A DNA stretch of 64,000 bases from Isurus oxyrinchus. Taxonomy: Eukaryota. The notes under the pieces were generated by a model, which did no database searches, was not told the origin of the DNA, and worked only from the letters and a program-made list of their open reading frames with translations. Positions 26,143-39,268 of the stretch are shown one piece after another (position 1 is the first letter of the stretch; each line of letters starts with the position of its first letter). Made by a program: the position numbers and the translations under genes. The stretch spans positions 4,030,001 through 4,094,000 of the forward strand of contig JANJGN010000052.1 of assembly GCA_026770705.1 (NCBI GenBank). Reading direction: 5' to 3'.

Positions 26143-27010
26143 TACTGAGGGAGTGCTGCACTGTCAGAGGGTCAGTGCAGAGGGTATGCTGCAATGTTGG
26201 AGGGGTCAGTACTGAGTGAGTGCTGCACTGTCAGAGGGTCAGTAATGTGGGAGTGCTGCACCATCAGAGGGTCAGTGCTAAGGAAGTGCTGCACTGTTGC
26301 AGGGTCAGTATTGAGGGAGTGCTGCACTGTCAGAGGGTCAGTGAAAAGGGAGTGCTGCACTGCTGGAGGGTCAGTACTGAGGGAGTGCTGCACTGTCAGA
26401 GGGTCAGGGCTAAGGGAGTGCTGCACTGTTGGAGGGTCAGTACTGAGTGAGTGCTGCACTGTCAGAGGGTCAGTGCTAAGGCAGTGCTGCATTGTTGGAG
26501 GGTCAGTAGTGAGGGAGTGCTGCACTGTCAGAGGGTCAGGGCTAAGGGAGTGCTGCTCTGTTGGAGGGTCAGTACTGAGTGAGTGCTGCACTGTCAGAGG
26601 GTCAGTGCTAAAGCAGTGCTGCACTGTTGGAGGGTCAGTAGTGAGGGAGTGCTGCACTGTCAGAGGGTCAGGGCTAAGGGAGTGCTGCACTGATGGAGGG
26701 TCAGTACTGAGTGAGTGCTGCACTGTCAGAGGGTCAGTGCTAAGGAAGTGCTGCACTGTTGGAGGGTCAGTACTGAGGGAGTGCTGCACTGATGGAGGGT
26801 CAGTTCCGAGGGAGTGCTGCACTGTCAGAGGGTCAGTGCTAAGGAAGTGCTGCACTGTCAGAGGGTCAGTGCTAAGGAAGTGCTGCACTGTACAGAGGGA
26901 GTGCAAGACTGACAGAGGGTCAGTAATGAGGGAGTGTGAGACTGACAGAGGGTCACTATTGAGAATGTGCTGCACAGTCGGGGGGGTCAGTACTGAGGGA
27001 GCACTGCACT
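26143..27010 (+). repeat. 33-bp minisatellite
   Basis: About 26 copies of actgagggagtgctgcactgtcagagggtcagt. Confidence 0.92.
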
Positions 27011-27156
27011 GCCATAGGTGGTTTCTTTCAGATGACATGAGAGAGAGGGTTAAACCCACTGAGACAAGACTGACACTAACGAGGCTGCTCAATAATTTAG
27101 CCCTATCAGTGCCAGTAAATGATGTGAGGATGTCTTCTGTTTCCATTTCTCTGTAG

Positions 27157-27405
27157 GGTAAACAGAACGTGCTGATTTCTGAGCCCCGGAACACAACCAG
27201 AGACACAACTAGCGAGGGGGAGACCCCAGCTCCCCGGGGTCTCTCTGAAGGTGCATTGGGAGGCGATGCTGGACATTGGCACATCGACAATCCCGACGGC
27301 CTTCTCTACGCCAATCCCCAAGTATTGAGGATGTCCAGTGATGATGGGTCTGTCCACAGGGAAGAGGAGACGGAATACGCACAGATCAGGTTCGAGCATA
27401 ACTGA
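27157..27405 (+). pseudogene. Orphan Siglec terminal cytoplasmic exon, copy 1
   Basis: Acceptor ctctgtag; open for 82 aa; LLYANP and TEYAQI; no upstream + strand ectodomain in the window. Confidence 0.8.
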
Positions 27406-27974
27406 ATGAGAAATGGGGAGTGGGAGTGAGGAGGTGTGGGGGTGGGGGTAGTGATTGAGATTCCTGGGAACAGGAAACAACCCACTGGGGGAGAGGGGGA
27501 GAGAGGGAGGAAGGGATGGGATTGGGCTGCGGTTGGTGTGGTTTGGAATGAAATGCTTCTCCAGAGAGGACTGGATGCGGAGCCACTGGGGACCGAGATT
27601 CACTGTCTCTCTCTCTCGCTCTCTTGTTCTCTCTCTCCCTCTCTCTGTCTTTCTTTCTGTGTCTGTCTCTCATTCTCTATCTCCAGCTCCTCCTTTAAGA
27701 TGCCCGTTAATAACTGACTTTGTTGACTCAGCTGTTGGTCTCCTGTCCCTAATATCTCCTCATGTGCCTCAGAGTCAGGTGAAGATGTGACTAACAATTC
27801 CCGGATGAGCCTTGGGACATTTTGCTACATTAAAGGTGCTATATAAATGCAAGTAGTTGCAGTAAGTCTGATCTGCTTCGATTAACAATGGAACTACAAA
27901 GGCTCCTTCGACAGGGCGTGTGTGCAGGAGGATCCCAATAAATACATTGTGCTGTGAGATTTTTAATTCTTACA

Positions 27975-28430
27975 TCGAATGTGGCTGTCACTGGTGATAC
28001 CAGCATTAATGCCCATCCCTAATTGCCCTTGAGAAGGTGGTGGTGATCAGCCTTCTTGACCCGCTGCAGTCCATGTGGTGTAGGTACACCCACAGTGCTG
28101 TTAGGGAGGGAGCTCCAGGATTTTGACCCAGTGACAGTGAAGGAACGGTGATATATTTCCAAGTCAGGATGGTGAGTGACTTGGAGGGGAACTTCCAGGT
28201 GGTGGTGTTCCCATGTGTCTGCTGCCCTTGTCCTTCTAGATGGTAGAGGTCGTGGGTTTGGAAGGTGCTGTTGAAGGAGCCTTGCTGAGTTGCTGCAGTG
28301 CATCTTGTAGATGGTACACACACTGCTTCCACTGTGTGCTCGTTGTGGAGGGAGTGAATGTTTAATGTGGGGGATGGGGTGTAGATCAATCGGGCTGCTT
28401 TGTCCTGGATGGTGTCAAGCTTCTTGATTC
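27975..28430 (-). mobile_element. CR1-clade LINE 3' end
   Basis: SFTVTGSKSWSSLP...HHHLLKGN and the shared tail. Confidence 0.85.
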
Positions 28431-28560
28431 TGTGCTTTGTATAGAACTGATTTAAAGAGACAGTCCCAGTCGTTGGTCTAAGATTACAGTGGGCTCTGTG
28501 TCTGTGCTACACTGACTCTCTGCTATATGATAACCACAGTGTGATATTGTGTTATTGCAG

Positions 28561-28642
28561 GAGAAAGACAGCGATGGAGGAGAGAGTTTCAGGGACCAGT
28601 GACATTGCATTGACCCCCAGTCCACTCTCTGTGAAGCACCAG
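28561..28642 (+). pseudogene. Orphan membrane-proximal cytoplasmic exon
   Basis: 82 nt, phase 2-0, RKTAMEERVSGTSDIALTPSPLSVKHQ; paralog of 49039-49120. Confidence 0.8.
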
Positions 28643-28777
28643 GTACAGGAGCTGTTTACACTCACTCCAAAGCTTCAATCTCAGTGTGTAGACAACACAT
28701 GTCCCAGATTCCCAGCCCAGTTACCCACTGATTTGTACCTGTGGAGTCAGCAATGGTTCAGTATCATGCTGTCTCTC

Positions 28778-29536
28778 TGTTATGACACAGCAACTGGTAA
28801 AGGCTGTTGTTTAAAATCCCAGAGGGAAACTTTAAACAACTGTCATAACCTATATTTCCCAGTGGAATGTTTGAGATGCAGCTTTAAATTCAGGAATAAG
28901 ACCATCAGTTCTTGAGATGGGTGTTATATCAAACTACATGAGACATTTATTAATTTTCACAAGTTAATCATATGCACATGGCTACAAGCTAGTACTATCA
29001 TAACTTTTTAACAAATTCCCAAACTAAAGTCCTCTAAGACAACCCATAGACTTTAAGCAGATTCCAAGCGAAGCATTTTCACCTCACAAATTCCAAATGA
29101 GGTTCCTTTCACTTTGGTTCCTTTGCAGACAGGTGTAGGCTTACAGCTGCTTTGATGTTACAAGCCTCTGCTCTGCACACACAAAACTGCTCAAGTTATA
29201 CCCAGCTCTTCTCTTTGAATGTAAATTCTCATTGTATCATCAGGACCTTTGATCTCCATCTCTTCTAACTATAATTCCCGTTTCATAGTATCAATTTTAT
29301 TAGTAATATAAACATTGATTGGTTTAAGAATTCACTCCCAGGCTTTGAATCCTCCTTTTAAAAATGCAATATGCCTCTTTACCTCTTTGTTTACATCTCA
29401 AAACTACTATACATCAAAGTACCCAGACCGGCTGGCTTTAATCCAATTAAAACACACACACACACACCCACAGACTAAACCTCTGTTTAAAAAGACAATT
29501 TCCAATTACAATACATACATTAATAGATTCATAACG
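28778..29536 (-). mobile_element. LTR-like insertion
   Basis: tgttatgac...cataacg ends; absent from the paralogous intron near 49250; related to about 55870-56204. Confidence 0.5.
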
Positions 29537-29659
29537 CTCAGTCTCTGACCCTTCATCTCTCTCTCTCTCTCTCATCCTCTCTCTGATTACAAGATTCATG
29601 TTATTGAGCCTCACACCAGGCACCTGAGTGCAGAATCCAAGCCGACACTTGCCAGAGAC

Positions 29660-29945
29660 ATTACCGAGGGAGTGCGAGACTGACAGAGGGTCAGTACTGA
29701 GGGAGTGCTGCACTGTCAGAGGGTCAGTACTGAGGGAGTGCTGCACTGTCAGAGGGTCAGTACTGAGGAAGACCTGTACTGTCGGAGGGTCAGTACTGAG
29801 GGAGCGCTGCACTGCTGGAGGGTCAGTACTGAGGGAGCGCTGCACTGTCGGAGGGTCAGTACTGAGGGAGTGCTGCACTGTTGGATGGTCAGCATTGAGG
29901 AAGTGCTGCACTATCGAAGGGTCAGTACTGAGGGAGCACTGCACT
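29660..29945 (+). repeat. 33-bp minisatellite
   Basis: About 8 units. Confidence 0.9.
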
Positions 29946-30091
29946 GCCATAGGTGTTTTCTTTCATAAGACATGTGAGAGAGGGTTAAACCCACTGACCC
30001 ACGACTGACACTAACGAGGCTGCAGAATATTTTAACCCTATCAGTGCCAGTAAATGATGTGAGGATGCCTTCTGTTTCCATTTCTCTGTAG

Positions 30092-30340
30092 GGTAAACAG
30101 AACGTGCTGATTACTGAGCCCCGGAACACAACCAGAGACACAACTAGCGAGGGGGAGACCCCAGCTCCCCGGGGTGTCTCTGAATGTGCAGTGGGAGGCG
30201 ATGCTGGACATGGGAACCCTGACAATCCCGACGAGCTTCTCTACGCCAATCCCCAAGTCTTCAGGGTGCCCAGTGGTGATGGGTCTGTCCACAGGGAAGA
30301 GCAGACGGAATACGCACAGATCAGATTCAAGAGAAACTGA
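30092..30340 (+). pseudogene. Orphan Siglec terminal cytoplasmic exon, copy 2
   Basis: Open for 82 aa; DELLYANP and TEYAQIRF. Confidence 0.8.
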
Positions 30341-30539
30341 GTGTGAAAAAGGCAGAGGGGGTCAGGAGGTTTGTGGATGGTGGCAGGGATGAAGATTCTT
30401 GGGAACATGAGACAACCCACTGGGGGAGAGGGGGAGAGAGGGAGGAAGGGACTGAATGGGTCTGTGGTTGGTGTGGTTTGGAATGAAATGTTTCCCCAGT
30501 GACGACTTGATGCTGAGTCATTGGGGACAGAGATTCAGT

Positions 30540-30721
30540 NNNNNNNNNNNNNNNNNNNNNNNNNNNNNNNNNNNNNNNNNNNNNNNNNNNNNNNNNNNNN
30601 NNNNNNNNNNNNNNNNNNNNNNNNNNNNNNNNNNNNNNNNNNNNNNNNNNNNNNNNNNNNNNNNNNNNNNNNNNNNNNNNNNNNNNNNNNNNNNNNNNNN
30701 NNNNNNNNNNNNNNNNNNNNN
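30540..30721. other. Assembly gap
   Basis: N run. Confidence 1.
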
Positions 30722-31479
30722 ATTAACTGGCTTTGTGAAATCAGCTTTTTGTCACCTGTCCCTAATACCTCATTATGTGTCTCAGAGATGGATTTATATG
30801 TAGGTAACAATCCCCTGAAGAGATTTGGGACAGTTTGTTACATTAAGTGTGCCATATAAATGCAAGTTGTTGCAGGAAAGTTGATTTGCCTCGATTCAGA
30901 ATGGTAATTCGGAGGGTCCATCGACAGGGCGTGTGTGCAACAGCCTCGCAATAAATGCATTGCACGGCAACAACTAAGCATGTCCTTTGATGCTGATGCA
31001 TCCCAGTACTGCTGTGTGGACACATCACAACCGAGGGACTGCCTGACTGCGTGCAGCCAACATGGCCGAATAGTAATTAGCAGAAATGTGATGTCACTGA
31101 ACTTTGTTGACATTTCAGAAAGTGCTTTCTGAATTCTGCAACTTGTTTATTCTGTGATAGATTACAAGAAGCCTTTGCATTTTCTATAATATTACATTTA
31201 TTGTCACAAGGGATTGAAATGCCCAGACACCACCACCTGGAAGTTCGCCTCCAAGACACACATCATCCTGATTTTGAAATATATCGCCGTCCCTTCACTG
31301 CCACTAGGGTCAAAATCTTGGACTTCCTTCTCTAACTGCATTGTGGGTGTACCTACACCACATGGACTGCAGAGGGTCCGGAAGGCAGCTCACCACCACC
31401 TTCTCAAGGTAATTAAGGATGGGCCATAAATGCTGGCCTAGCCAGTGATGCCCACTTCCCATGGAAGAATGAATATATA

Positions 31480-33390
31480 AAATATAAAGTTGGAACAAAT
31501 GAATGAAGTTATAGCACAAATAGAGATTAATGGGTACGATAAGATGGACACTGCAGAGAGTTGGTTGCAAAGTGACCAAGGTTGGAAATTGAAAATTGAA
31601 GGATATTTGGAATCTTTGAAAGGATAGGAAAAATGAAAAGGAGGTGGGGTCGCTCTGTTAATAAAAGATGAGACCTGTAAAGTAGTGAGAAATGATCTTG
31701 GCTCAAATGTCAAGATGCACAGTCAGTTTGGGTGAACATAAGGAATTGCAAGGGAAAGAAATCACTGGTGGGTTGGTTTATACTCCCCCCTGAATGTAGT
31801 TACACTGCAGGGGTAGATTATAAATCAATACATGAGGAGGTTTATGAGAAAGGCACCACATTAATCATGGGAGTTTTCAATCGTCATATGGATTAGACAA
31901 ATCAGATTAGCAAATGTAGCTTTCAGCGAGGTTATACAGATTGTATTCAGGACAGTATTTTAGAACAATGCAACATGGAACCAACCAGGGTAGAGGCTGT
32001 TTTAGTCCTGGCAATGTTTAATGAGACAAGACTAATTAACATCTCATTGTAAAGGATCCTCAAGGGAAGAGTAATCATACGGTGTTGAAATTTAATATTC
32101 AATTTGGAAACTTGGGTCTGAAGCTAGTGTCATAAACTTAACTAAAGGCAATTACAAGGGTTAAAAGTAGAGTCGGCCCAAGTAGAGTGGGACAGCAGGT
32201 TAAAGTGGGGGGGGGGGGGGGGGGGGTGTGTAGATGAGGAGTAATAGGCGTCTAAAGAGATGTTTCATAAATTCCAATGAAGATATTTTCCAGTAAGAAA
32301 GAAAGAAACTATAAAAAGGATGGAGCATCGGCGGCTAACTCAGGAAGCTAAGGACAGTATCCAATTGTGAGATAAAGCCGGCAATGTTGGGATGCTTAGT
32401 GATAGGCTGGAGATTGGGAATATTTGAGAAACCAGAAAAGTGAGGGGAGAAATATAAGGAGGCAGAAATGATGATATGAGAGTAAACTAGCAAGAACCAT
32501 AAACAATGACAGTGAGATGTTGTACATTAAAATAAGAGAGAAGCTACAGTAATAATGGGACACATAGAAAATCAGACTGGGGAATTAATAATGGGAAACA
32601 AGGAAATGACAGAGACTTTCAACAAGAATTTTGTGTCTGTCTTCACAGTAAAAATCTCTAAAACCATCCCAATAGCAGGAGAAAGTCACGGTGCAACAAG
32701 GAGGGAGGAACATAAAACAATCACTATCACCAGAGAAAAAGTATTAAGAAAACTAATTCAACAATTGCAAATGAACACTTTACTGTTCTCCTCACAATTC
32801 ACCCAATTAACATCTCAAAACTACTAAACATCAAAGCACACAGAGCAGCTGGCTTTAATCCAATTAAGACACACACAGACACACACCTATACATGGACCA
32901 CCACTAGAATTCTATTTGAAAATATTATTTCCAAGCACATTTTACACACAAATATCTCTTCATGACACTGGATTTCCAAAAGGCTTTCGATAAGGTGCCA
33001 CATCAAAGGATACTGCACAGGGTGAAATTGGATGGTGTTGGGGGTGATATATTAATATGGATAGAGGACTGGCTAACTGACAGGAAACAGAGAGCCAGGA
33101 TAAATGGGTGATTTTCAGCTTGGTAAACTGTAACTAGTGGAGAGCCACAGGGATCAGTGCTGAGGCCTCAACTATTCACAATCTACATTAGTGCCTTGGA
33201 TGAAGAGACTGACTGTACTGTAGGCAGATTTTCTGACTGTGTGGTGAAGATAGGTAGGAAATATATAAGCTGGGCAGGAAAGCTAGTTCTGAGGAGGACA
33301 CAAAGAGGCTGCAGAGGGAGATAAATAGTTTCCGTGAGTGGATAAAATAATGAGTGGATGGAATATAAAGAATGAAAATGTCAGGGTGTC
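31480..33390 (+). mobile_element. Degenerate CR1 ORF2 (endonuclease-RT) fragment
   Basis: Remnants such as ttaatcatgggagttttcaa, gatttccaaaaggctttcgataaggtgccacat (DFQKAFDKVPH) and cagggatcagtgctg (QGSVL). Confidence 0.8.
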
Positions 33391-33539
33391 CAGCTGATCC
33401 TACTTGTTCTGTTCTTATATTCTTATACAGACACAGGGTTTACTGACAGTGCACAGCAAAGTGCTGTTCTCCCACTTTGTTCCAGCTTCCTCATTTTGAC
33501 TCACTGAGACACATCAGCTCTTTCTAATTAAACACACAG

Positions 33540-33624
33540 AGGGAGCAGCACAGGAAGAGGTCATTCAGCCCAAGCAGAGCGTGTGGGCAGTTCCTCCCCA
33601 GGCGAGCAGTCGGACAGGTCCTGG
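33540..33624 (+). other. 85-nt exon-like cassette upstream of the leader (candidate 5' UTR exon)
   Basis: Donor gg|gtaagt; the next acceptor tttcag (34014) opens the leader exon. Confidence 0.6.
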
Positions 33625-34056
33625 GTAAGTAACAGAATGATTGGAATTCACTTCCACGACCAACACCGTCCTTTGTTGATGTTGTGACTTTATAAAGACA
33701 GATTCCAATGATTGATGCCTTTGAAAGATTTCTACTGATTATTGAGATCTGGGTGTGAGACTCAAGTCTGTTGTACAGAACATCTTTCTAGCTCAAGGGA
33801 CATGAGCTTGGGGCATCCTGAGGTGGTGAAAGGTGCTATAGAAATGCAAGTCCTTCATTGTTTTTCTTTCTGAAAGCCTTGTAACTCTCTGCAGAACACC
33901 TATCATCCCACAGAGAATCAAATTAGTCTGTGAAGATATTGTCTAAAAGCAGTTCTGATCTCTCGAGAGCATTCGGACAAGAGGTGAAGTCTCATTAACT
34001 CCTTTCTCTTTCAGAACTTCAGAGTTAGATGCTGAGGAAATATCTGGGAGCAGACA

Positions 34057-34096
34057 ATGATCGGGAAATCTTACTTCCTCCTGTCACTTCTCCAAG
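34057..34096 (+). CDS. Leader exon
   Basis: MIGKSYFLLSLLQ + G|gtaaga, phase 1. Confidence 0.85.
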
Positions 34097-37000
34097 GTAA
34101 GATCATCATCAGCTCGGACAGATTTATGGTTAATAGTCTTTGTAAAAGAACATTCTTATTGACCTCTAATTGGGAACTGATTTAGCAGTGAGCCAGTGTA
34201 CAAACTCACACTATGTCCCATTCATCCATCACCCCTGTGCTCACTGATATACACTGACTCCCTGTCTGACAGCAGAATTGGAGGACAGCAGAGGCCTTGG
34301 AGGGTTGTAGGGGCTGGAGGAGTGTACAGGGATAGGCAGGTTTGTAGCAGCGAGAGCAGAATCTCAAAATTCAGGTGCTGTCAGACGTTGGTCAGTGAGC
34401 GATGGGGATTGATGGATTGAATAGAGAAGCAGGGATAAAAACTGGTGGGTGAAGCCTATCCTAATGAGAGTTATCCGATAGCAATAACCTGAAATTTGTA
34501 TCCTTTGCTGCCATTATTCAAAACTTCCCATGAAGACAGCACAGCAGCTCCTAGAATAGACAGGCTGTTCAGTGTCACACTTCCTGTCCATTCTCACCAT
34601 GCTAGATACTTCAATAAGGGAGCAAGATAACTGAAAGAGAGAAGGGAGGCAAAGCTGTCTGTGTGTAAAACTGTCAAATATTCTGAGTTATCATGAGTGT
34701 CTCTGATCTGCTGCAGAGTTTAAATTTCACAGAATCTGGGCACATTGCAGCTCAGAGAGAGACCATTGACTCACTGCCTGAAAGGGCGGTGGAAGCAGAT
34801 TCAACAGGAACTTTCAGAAGGGGAACTGGATAAATACTTGAAGGGAAATTTGCAGGGATGTGCGAAAGGTGCTGGAGAGGAATTGGGAAAGAGTCAGCAC
34901 ATGCACGATGGGTCAAACAAGCTCCTCCTGTGTTGTATCATTCAACAATCAGACAATTTAAGACCCTTGTCAGCAAATCTTCAGAATCCTGCTGAATCAC
35001 AGATATTTCAGAAGGACAGGGAACAAGAGGTTTCTGGTATCAGCGTTTCATGTGGGGCCCAGTTCAGTTTGAACAAAAAAAATGACAACAGCATCTTTGA
35101 AAGTCATGAACCCACCACAGCGGCACCTCCGACACATGCAGAGCTCAGGCTAGAGGCGCTTTGTTAGTGTGTTTCACAGTCTCTGCTGGAGTAGGGTCAG
35201 TGCTGAGCTTGGGGACAAGTCAGTCTACAATGCTGCATCGGAATCAACAATACAACAATATGGGGTTTGGATCAGAAATAATCCCTTAGACAATGAGAAT
35301 CCAAAGAGATTCCTCAGACAATGAGGATCCAAAGAGATTCCTTATTCCATTGGTTGTCTAACTGGGGTCCATGATTTTCCAAGGGGTCCTTGGCAGAATC
35401 AAATTATCGAGCAATAGTGTGTAAAATACCGGAGAGAACGGGAAAGGTGGGATCAATGGAAAACTGTTCACTCTGTTTACACTAATGGGAGTTAGTCTCA
35501 GTAATGGAGACCATGAAACTATCATCGATTGTCATACACACCCATCTGGTTCACTAATGGCCTTTAGGGAAGGAAATCTGCCGTCTATATCTGGTCTGGC
35601 CTACATGTGACTCCAGACTCATAGCAACGTGGTTCCTCTGAAATGTCCGAGCAAACCATCCAGTTCTCACCATGCTAGAAACTTCAATAAGGGAGTAAGA
35701 TAACTGAAAGAGAGAAGGAAGGTAAAGCTGCTCATGTGGATAGATGTCAAATATCCTGAGTGATCATGATTGTCTCTACTCTGCTACAGAGATTATGTCA
35801 CGGGACATTAGAGATGGGCAGCAAATGCTGGCCTTGGCAGCGACGCCCACATCCCATGAATGAATACATTTACAAAATCTTATTACTTGGAAGGTGCAAG
35901 TGCAGGTTGTTATGATCCTTGAGCAGACCCTCTCAGCACTGACCCTACTCCAGCAGACCCTGTGAAACACACTAACAAAGCGCCTCTCGCCTGAGCTCTG
36001 CATGTGTCGGAGGTGCCGCTGTGGTGGGTTCATGACTTTCAAAGATGGTGTTGTTTATTTGTTCAAACTGAACTGGGCCCCACACAAAACGCTGATACCA
36101 GGAACCTCTTGTTCCCTGTCCTTCTGAAATATCCGTGACTTCAGCAGGATTCTGAAGAGTTGCTGATGGAGGAACAGACACCCAATTTTTTTTGATAATT
36201 TACAGTTAGGAACCAATAATATTTTGTTTCAAGTAGACAAGGTTTGAGATTTAAGACGCTTGCAAAGAGAATAGAGCTACAAGATTCCATGGCTTTTAAA
36301 CAAACAAAAATAAACTTTACTGCACCAGCTCAGAAAGATAAAATAATTCACAATGTCCACCTTATACCCTAACATTCTGGATTAATATGAGCTCATGTGA
36401 ATTAACAGGCAAACTGTGGTCTCACAGCCAAACTACTCATTAAATTGTAAACACGACCAAGATAGAGCCCATGGATTTCACAACAACCCACCCGGACATC
36501 AGTGAACACTGTCAGTCAACCAATCTCACTGAAACTCTGTTTCTCTCATGAGGGATTCCAGTCTTCAACTTCGAAGATCTTGCCTCGGAATTCTCTCCAA
36601 AAGTCGCTTCAACTCGGATGGCCTCAGTGACGTTCCACCTCACAGGGTTTCCATCTCTTCTCCTGAGGCTCCATTGCCCTGGATTCCCGACTATATACTC
36701 AAGCACCACTAGGTTTAGATGAAAGGTTTTGATTGACTGGGTAGACAGAGAATGTTCCCTCTTGTGGGCAGGAGAATAACTAGAGGCCGAGTGATTGGTG
36801 ATTCCTTAAACATTGAAGAGGGAATGAACACCAATCAGATTGAATCAGATTAGCCAATCAGCTGTGTTGAAGAGCAGACAGGAATGTTAGGCTAATTAGT
36901 GATTCATGACGGTGATAATGGGGGGAGTTCTGAGGGCTCCTAATCCATTGTCCTGTCTTGTAAATCAGCACTGAATGGATCTCAATTGGTGCGTCTTGTA

Positions 37001-37528
37001 GACACTGTGTTGGGTGGAAGACTGGCTTCACTAAGGGGAAGTGGTAGCAGAGAGGTATTGTCACTGGGCTAGTATTCCAGAGGCCCAGGGTGATGCTCTG
37101 GGGCCCTGGGTGTGAATCTTATCACAGCAGATGAATGGGATTAAAAAGCCTGGTTCACTGATCACCTATAGGGAAGGAAATCTGCCACTCTTACCCAGTC
37201 TGGCCTACATGTCACTTCAAACCCAAAGCTATGTGGTTGACTCTTAAATACCTCTGATGGACATGGGATGGGTAATAAATCCCATGAATGAATAATTTGA
37301 AAAAAAGCTAAACAGTGTCCTGAGGACCATGAGCTAATGTAGAATGAACTTGTCCACTCCTGCGTCCAGGATTCTCTTCCATCCATTGTGAAACCTTGAG
37401 GAGTTCCTTGTGTGTCCTGTAGATGGTCCACACTGCAGCCAATGTGCCCCAGTGATGGAGGGGGTGGATATCAAGTCTAATGGATTGAAAAAACATCCAG
37501 AATTAAGTATTGATATTTCTCTCCACAG

Positions 37529-37894
37529 TTGGACTGTCACAAGAGTGGAAAGGTGACACTCCACGAGAGGTGACAGCGCAGGAAGGTTCCTGTGTACAGA
37601 TTCCATGTCATTACAGTTATCCATCACATTTGGAAAAGCAACCACGAGTTGGAATCTGGTTTAATAATGAGGAATGGAGAACATCGTCTATAGCCTTTCA
37701 CTCCAAGGATCACAGTCACGAGTTACCTCGGTTCCACCATCGGACCCGGCTGTCTGGAGACCTGAAAGATGGTGACTGTTCCCTGATTATAAACAACATC
37801 AGACGGGAAGATGCAGGACCTTATTTTTTCAGAATAGAATTTGACAGCAGAAATAAATACAGCTACTATCCTGTAACCCAGCTTCACGTTTCTG
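37529..37894 (+). CDS. Siglec V-set sialic-acid-binding exon
   Basis: QEWKGDTPREVTAQEGSCVQIPCHYSYP...GDCSL...YFFRIEFDSRNKYSY; Arg codon at 37831-37833. Confidence 0.93.
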
Positions 37895-38752
37895 GTAAGT
37901 GCTGTGTTATAATTACTCAACAATTCACATCCAACACTCAATGGGAAACAACACAAACTGTGACGTTTACATATTAACACAAAACACAGCTTATTATAAC
38001 ACACTGTCTGATTCTCAATCACCTGCTGACAGCTTCCAGTTCAGTCCTAAAGCAACCTCTAAAATCACTTTAATATCAATGATGAAAAGCATTAACTGTA
38101 TTATCAGGTTATCCACTCCCATCAATCTCTCCTGTCCTGTTTAAAAGTCTGACTTATCGATAAAAGAAAGATGTGCATTTCTGCAGCGCAATTTACCACC
38201 TCAGGAGGATCCAAATCCCTTCACAGCCAATGAAATTATTCCTGAATTGTAGTCACAGATGTTAAACACAGCAGTCAGTTTGTGCACAGCAAGATCCAAC
38301 AAACCACAAGGTGATAAATCACCCAGATCACTGAGGAAATGAGAAGCCAGTGAACTCAAACCTCTGGTCTGATGAAGAGTCATACGGACTCGAAACGTTA
38401 ACCCTGTCTTCCTCTCCACTGATACTGTCAGACCTGCTGAGTCTTTCCAGCAATTTTTGTTTTTGTTTCAGATTTCCAGCATCCGCAGTATTCTGCTTTT
38501 AACTCCAATCTCTGGTCTGAGCCTCTTCTCTCATCCAGTGTTCTCAATTCACATGTCTCGGAGTGAACGTGTATTAAGCTGAGAGACAGAAACACTACTG
38601 CCAAAGAGCAAGAAAATCTTTCCTGATCATTGTAACCTCTCAGTTCTGATATCATCCTTGTAAAAGTGCTTTCTCTTGTGGGACTGTGGTTTCTATTTGA
38701 ACTGATGCTTCACGTTATATTTCTCTAAAAGGATCCATTCTCTGTCTGTTAG

Positions 38753-39049
38753 ATTTCACAGATAAACCCATGATATTCCCTGCTGAAATTATTGCAGGAA
38801 AGCGTGTGGATGTAAGCTGCACCTTCAACACAATGTGCAATGGAACAGCAGCACCTGTCTTAACCTTGGACACTCCCACTGACGTACGTGGATCAGTCTC
38901 AAACACTGTAACTCAGCATGGTGTCACTCTGACCTATACTTCTGTTCTGACCCTGATCCCATCACTCAAACACCACGGACACACACTCAGCTGCAGAGTG
39001 AGATATCCATCTGTTTCATCGGAGCGGACCCTCGTACTAACTGTGCAAG
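38753..39049 (+). CDS. C2-set domain 2 exon
   Basis: 297 nt, phase 1-1; VSCTFNTMC...LSCRV; C-strand Trp replaced by Leu. Confidence 0.9.
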
Positions 39050-39268
39050 GTAAGAATGGACACCCTTCATTCTACATTAGCTAGAAAGCTCTACATAGTA
39101 CATTGCAAGATCCCACAACTGCATTGCGTTTAGCAACAAATCAATAGTCTTTAACTGATACAAATTCACCTCTGACACTGCAGCAGTCCCTGAATACTGA
39201 TTCTCCAACACTGCAGCACTCCCTCAGTACTGAGTCTTGTTCACAATGAAATCTTTAATTGTTCTTAG

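Noticed and set aside
26172-27290. Long Cys-rich ORFs (RECCTVRGSVL)n here and at 49164-50276 and 57565-58463
   Set aside because: Translations of the 33-bp minisatellite on both strands; unit length divisible by 3
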